Source: Armatimonadota bacterium
GTDB lineage: Bacteria > Armatimonadota > Fimbriimonadia > Fimbriimonadales > GBS-DC
Direction: 5' to 3'
Assembly: GCA_040289385.1 (NCBI GenBank)
Contig: PSLB01000004.1
Coordinates: forward strand, 1 to 39,598
Length of the DNA: 39,598 nucleotides
Within the stretch, counting starts at the first letter, position 1. Every line of letters begins with the position of its first letter. Shown in pieces: positions 37,665 to 39,598 of the stretch. The notes under the pieces were generated by a model. The model searched no databases, was not told the origin of the DNA, and saw nothing but the letters and a program-made list of their open reading frames with translations. Made by a program: the position numbers and the translations under genes.

Positions 37665-39497
37665 CTACGATCGCTTGACAAAAACCCACCATTCCAGCAT
37701 CAGCACGGCGAGCATGATAAGCACGAGGGGGCGCCAAAGGTCGCGCAGTGTCAGCATCTGCCCTTGCGCCTGAACGGTGCGTCCTCCTAACTGAATGGTC
37801 TGGCGTGGGGTGACATCCGACTCGTCGCTATTGAACAGATTGCCTGCAAGTGGGATGCGCACTTTATCGCCCTGAAGCGTGTAAAGCCCTACCCGCCTGA
37901 GACCGGGCACCACCACTGTCCCCTCGTTCACAGGGAGCTCCTGAGCCTGGGAATCGGGTCCCACCAGTTTCAGACGCGTCTCGGTAGGCGGCACATTCAC
38001 GCTGAAGGGTGTGCCCGTGCGGAGGGTCATCCCCTGAGTTCCGCCCTGTTCCCCTACTGCCCACCGAATGAGGTTGCCGATAAAAATCGGAAAGGCGGGT
38101 TGCAGAGGGAAGTCCGACTCCATCAGGTTCCATGCGATGCCGACCCACCGCCTGCCTGCGTGTTCGCCTGCCACGATGAGGGGGGTCTGCTGGCTCTCGG
38201 CGATGACCTTTGCCCACGGAGCGGGTTCGATGCGGGGCGCATTATCGATGAGCACCGACGCCAATTCCACATAGCGCAGGAGCGGATGCTCGCGCTCCCA
38301 GACCACCCCGCGCGGGGTCTTCACCGATGCCCCCAGCTTCGCAATCGGGCCGCCTGCTGCCCGAATGACCATTACCGCACGCGCTCGAACGGGCACTGGC
38401 GGCGTGCCATCGAAGATTACCAGGTCGTACCGACCGCCTCCTACGCGCGTGTTGCGCTCCGTATCGGGCACTGTGGGGGCTTTGTCCACCTGCACATTCG
38501 GCTCCAGTGCCAGAGCGCGCTCCAGAAAGAAGTTGCCCTCGCCGACCAGAAGCACGCGTCGGCTCTGCTCGGTAATCCCCACCAGGAAGGCGCGGTTATC
38601 GCTGGGGAGCGCATCGTTGAGGTTCAATCGTGCCTCCAGCGGTTCGGCAAGCGTGCGTGCTTGAAGGAGCTGGGCGATGGTCTGTGCGGGGGGGAGGCGC
38701 ACCTCGCGAGCGTCCACCAGCTTCCCCCCAGCATAAAACTCCAATGTGCCCCGTGCCTCAGTCTTGCCGAAGTTGCGCAGCGCCACGAACCATTCGTAAC
38801 CGTTTCCCCGCATCTGCACATCCATCGCCGTAATCGCCACATTCTCGCTCTGCGTGCCAAACGATTCGTAGATTAGCTTCGCGTTCCCGGGCGAGAAATC
38901 GCTCACTGGGGGGAATGCGCCGTCCGACATCAGAATGATGCGCCCGCTCTCGCTTTTACCCACCAACGCGCTGGCAAGGCGCAAGGCTTCGTCGATGTTG
39001 CCTGCACTGTCGGTTAGCTGAAGATTCTCAATAGCCGTGTAGAGCCGTTGCTTGTCAGCCGTCAAGGGGGCGACCACGCGCACCTGTGCCCCCGCTTCGA
39101 TAATAGCGACCTGTTCTCCAGGATTTAGCTCGCGCACCAGCGTGCGCAGGCGTGCACGCGCCTGATCAAAGCGGGTTCGCCCGTTCTCTAAAGCCCCCAT
39201 GCTGGCAGAGGTATCCACCACCACCACCGACTGACCCGGCAAGCCCTTCGTCTGAAACATCGGGCGTGCCAGTGCAGCCAGCAAAAGGAACGCCATCAGC
39301 AACTGCAAAAACAGCAATAGGTTCGGACGCAGTTTCTGGAAAAGCGTATTCGCACGCACATCGGTCGTAATCGCAGGCCACAGAAACCGTGCCGGCACGC
39401 GCACCTCACGGCGACGCACTTTCAGCAGGTACAGAAAAATGATGAACCCTGCCACTGGCAAAAACCAAAGCCATACCACCAACGACTGGGACTGCAT
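37665..39497 (-). CDS. BatA-type N-terminal double-TM / von Willebrand factor A domain protein
   Basis: 610 aa. The N-terminus WLWFLPVAGFIIFLYLLKVRRREVRVPARFLWP is the Bat/aerotolerance-type N-terminal domain. The vWA MIDAS-like motif VVVVDTSASMG and a C-terminal TM helix are present. Confidence 0.8.
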   Translation of the reverse strand: MQSQSLVVWLWFLPVAGFIIFLYLLKVRRREVRVPARFLWPAITTDVRANTLFQKLRPNLLLFLQLLMAFLLLAALARPMFQTKGLPGQSVVVVDTSASMGALENGRTRFDQARARLRTLVRELNPGEQVAIIEAGAQVRVVAPLTADKQRLYTAIENLQLTDSAGNIDEALRLASALVGKSESGRIILMSDGAFPPVSDFSPGNAKLIYESFGTQSENVAITAMDVQMRGNGYEWFVALRNFGKTEARGTLEFYAGGKLVDAREVRLPPAQTIAQLLQARTLAEPLEARLNLNDALPSDNRAFLVGITEQSRRVLLVGEGNFFLERALALEPNVQVDKAPTVPDTERNTRVGGGRYDLVIFDGTPPVPVRARAVMVIRAAGGPIAKLGASVKTPRGVVWEREHPLLRYVELASVLIDNAPRIEPAPWAKVIAESQQTPLIVAGEHAGRRWVGIAWNLMESDFPLQPAFPIFIGNLIRWAVGEQGGTQGMTLRTGTPFSVNVPPTETRLKLVGPDSQAQELPVNEGTVVVPGLRRVGLYTLQGDKVRIPLAGNLFNSDESDVTPRQTIQLGGRTVQAQGQMLTLRDLWRPLVLIMLAVLMLEWWVFVKRS

Positions 39498-39523
39498 CCA
39501 TGAAAGTTTACCCTATACGCCTA

Positions 39524-39598
39524 GTCAACTACCCCATAGCTAAAGCTAGGGGCTTGCACCTAACCCGCTTCCGCGGGCTGGCACGATAGGCCGGTTGA
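39524..39598 (-). repeat. Partial, diverged member of the hairpin-ended repeat family; the window ends inside it
   Basis: GTCAACTA-CCCCATAGC-TAAA-GCTAGGGG-CTTG..., with the hairpin at 39532-39552. A second hairpin (CCCGC-TTCC-GCGGG) and the conserved GGCCGGTTGA occur at the same relative positions as in copy 2. Confidence 0.6.

Overview
This 39.6 kb, roughly 60% GC bacterial window is densely coded. All product calls below come from reading motifs in the supplied translations; no database search was run. H-X9-DG/DUF1559-type pseudopilins, a PEP-CTERM protein and dockerin-like C-terminal tails suggest an Armatimonadota- or Planctomycetota-like genome (inference only).

Most of the content is ordinary:
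- a membrane-anchored HdrD/DsrK-like Fe-S oxidoreductase and yeaH (DUF444);
- a TetR-TolC-MFP-RND efflux operon with a visible promoter and operator;
- a long minus-strand string running pseudopilin, DUF1854, hrcA, trpG/pabA, R3H-ATPase, tmk, darA, holB;
- lpxL-like, ybjQ, a PQQ-type sugar dehydrogenase, a sugar-phosphate isomerase, prkA, queC and gyrB;
- a Uma2 nuclease, PduO-type adenosyltransferase, ygfZ, a Zn-ADH, an MqnA/D-like protein and a BatA/vWA protein.

The feature that genes do not explain is a family of hairpin-ended structured repeats.
- Two 237-bp copies (10579-10815 and 22642-22878) differ at 2 positions and lie in inverted orientation.
- They have no terminal inverted repeats and no target duplication. 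The same bulged hairpin sits near both ends on the same strand.
- Each carries an internal extended -10 promoter (TGgTATAAT) that reads out through one end.
- Diverged members sit at both window edges (1-136 and 39524-39598). Their terminal hairpin covaries, and a 17-nt solo end occurs at 25496-25512.
- One copy cleanly interrupts a decayed LolA-like gene.
- I read this as an undescribed non-autonomous element or structured RNA family. It resembles IS200/IS605-type PATEs and has an omega-RNA-like read-out transcript. The transposase or nuclease partner is not in this window, and the flanks do not share a target motif.

A second point of interest is a cluster at 34.4-37.7 kb. It holds a small His/CxxC membrane protein, two paralogous His-rich secreted proteins with different C-terminal anchors (dockerin-like versus PEP-CTERM), a translationally coupled DsrE-like protein and a pseudopilin.

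Several gene remnants are present: an SDR, a WD40-dockerin fragment, the LolA-like gene, and Uma2 with an in-frame TAG. No rRNA, tRNA or CRISPR array was seen.
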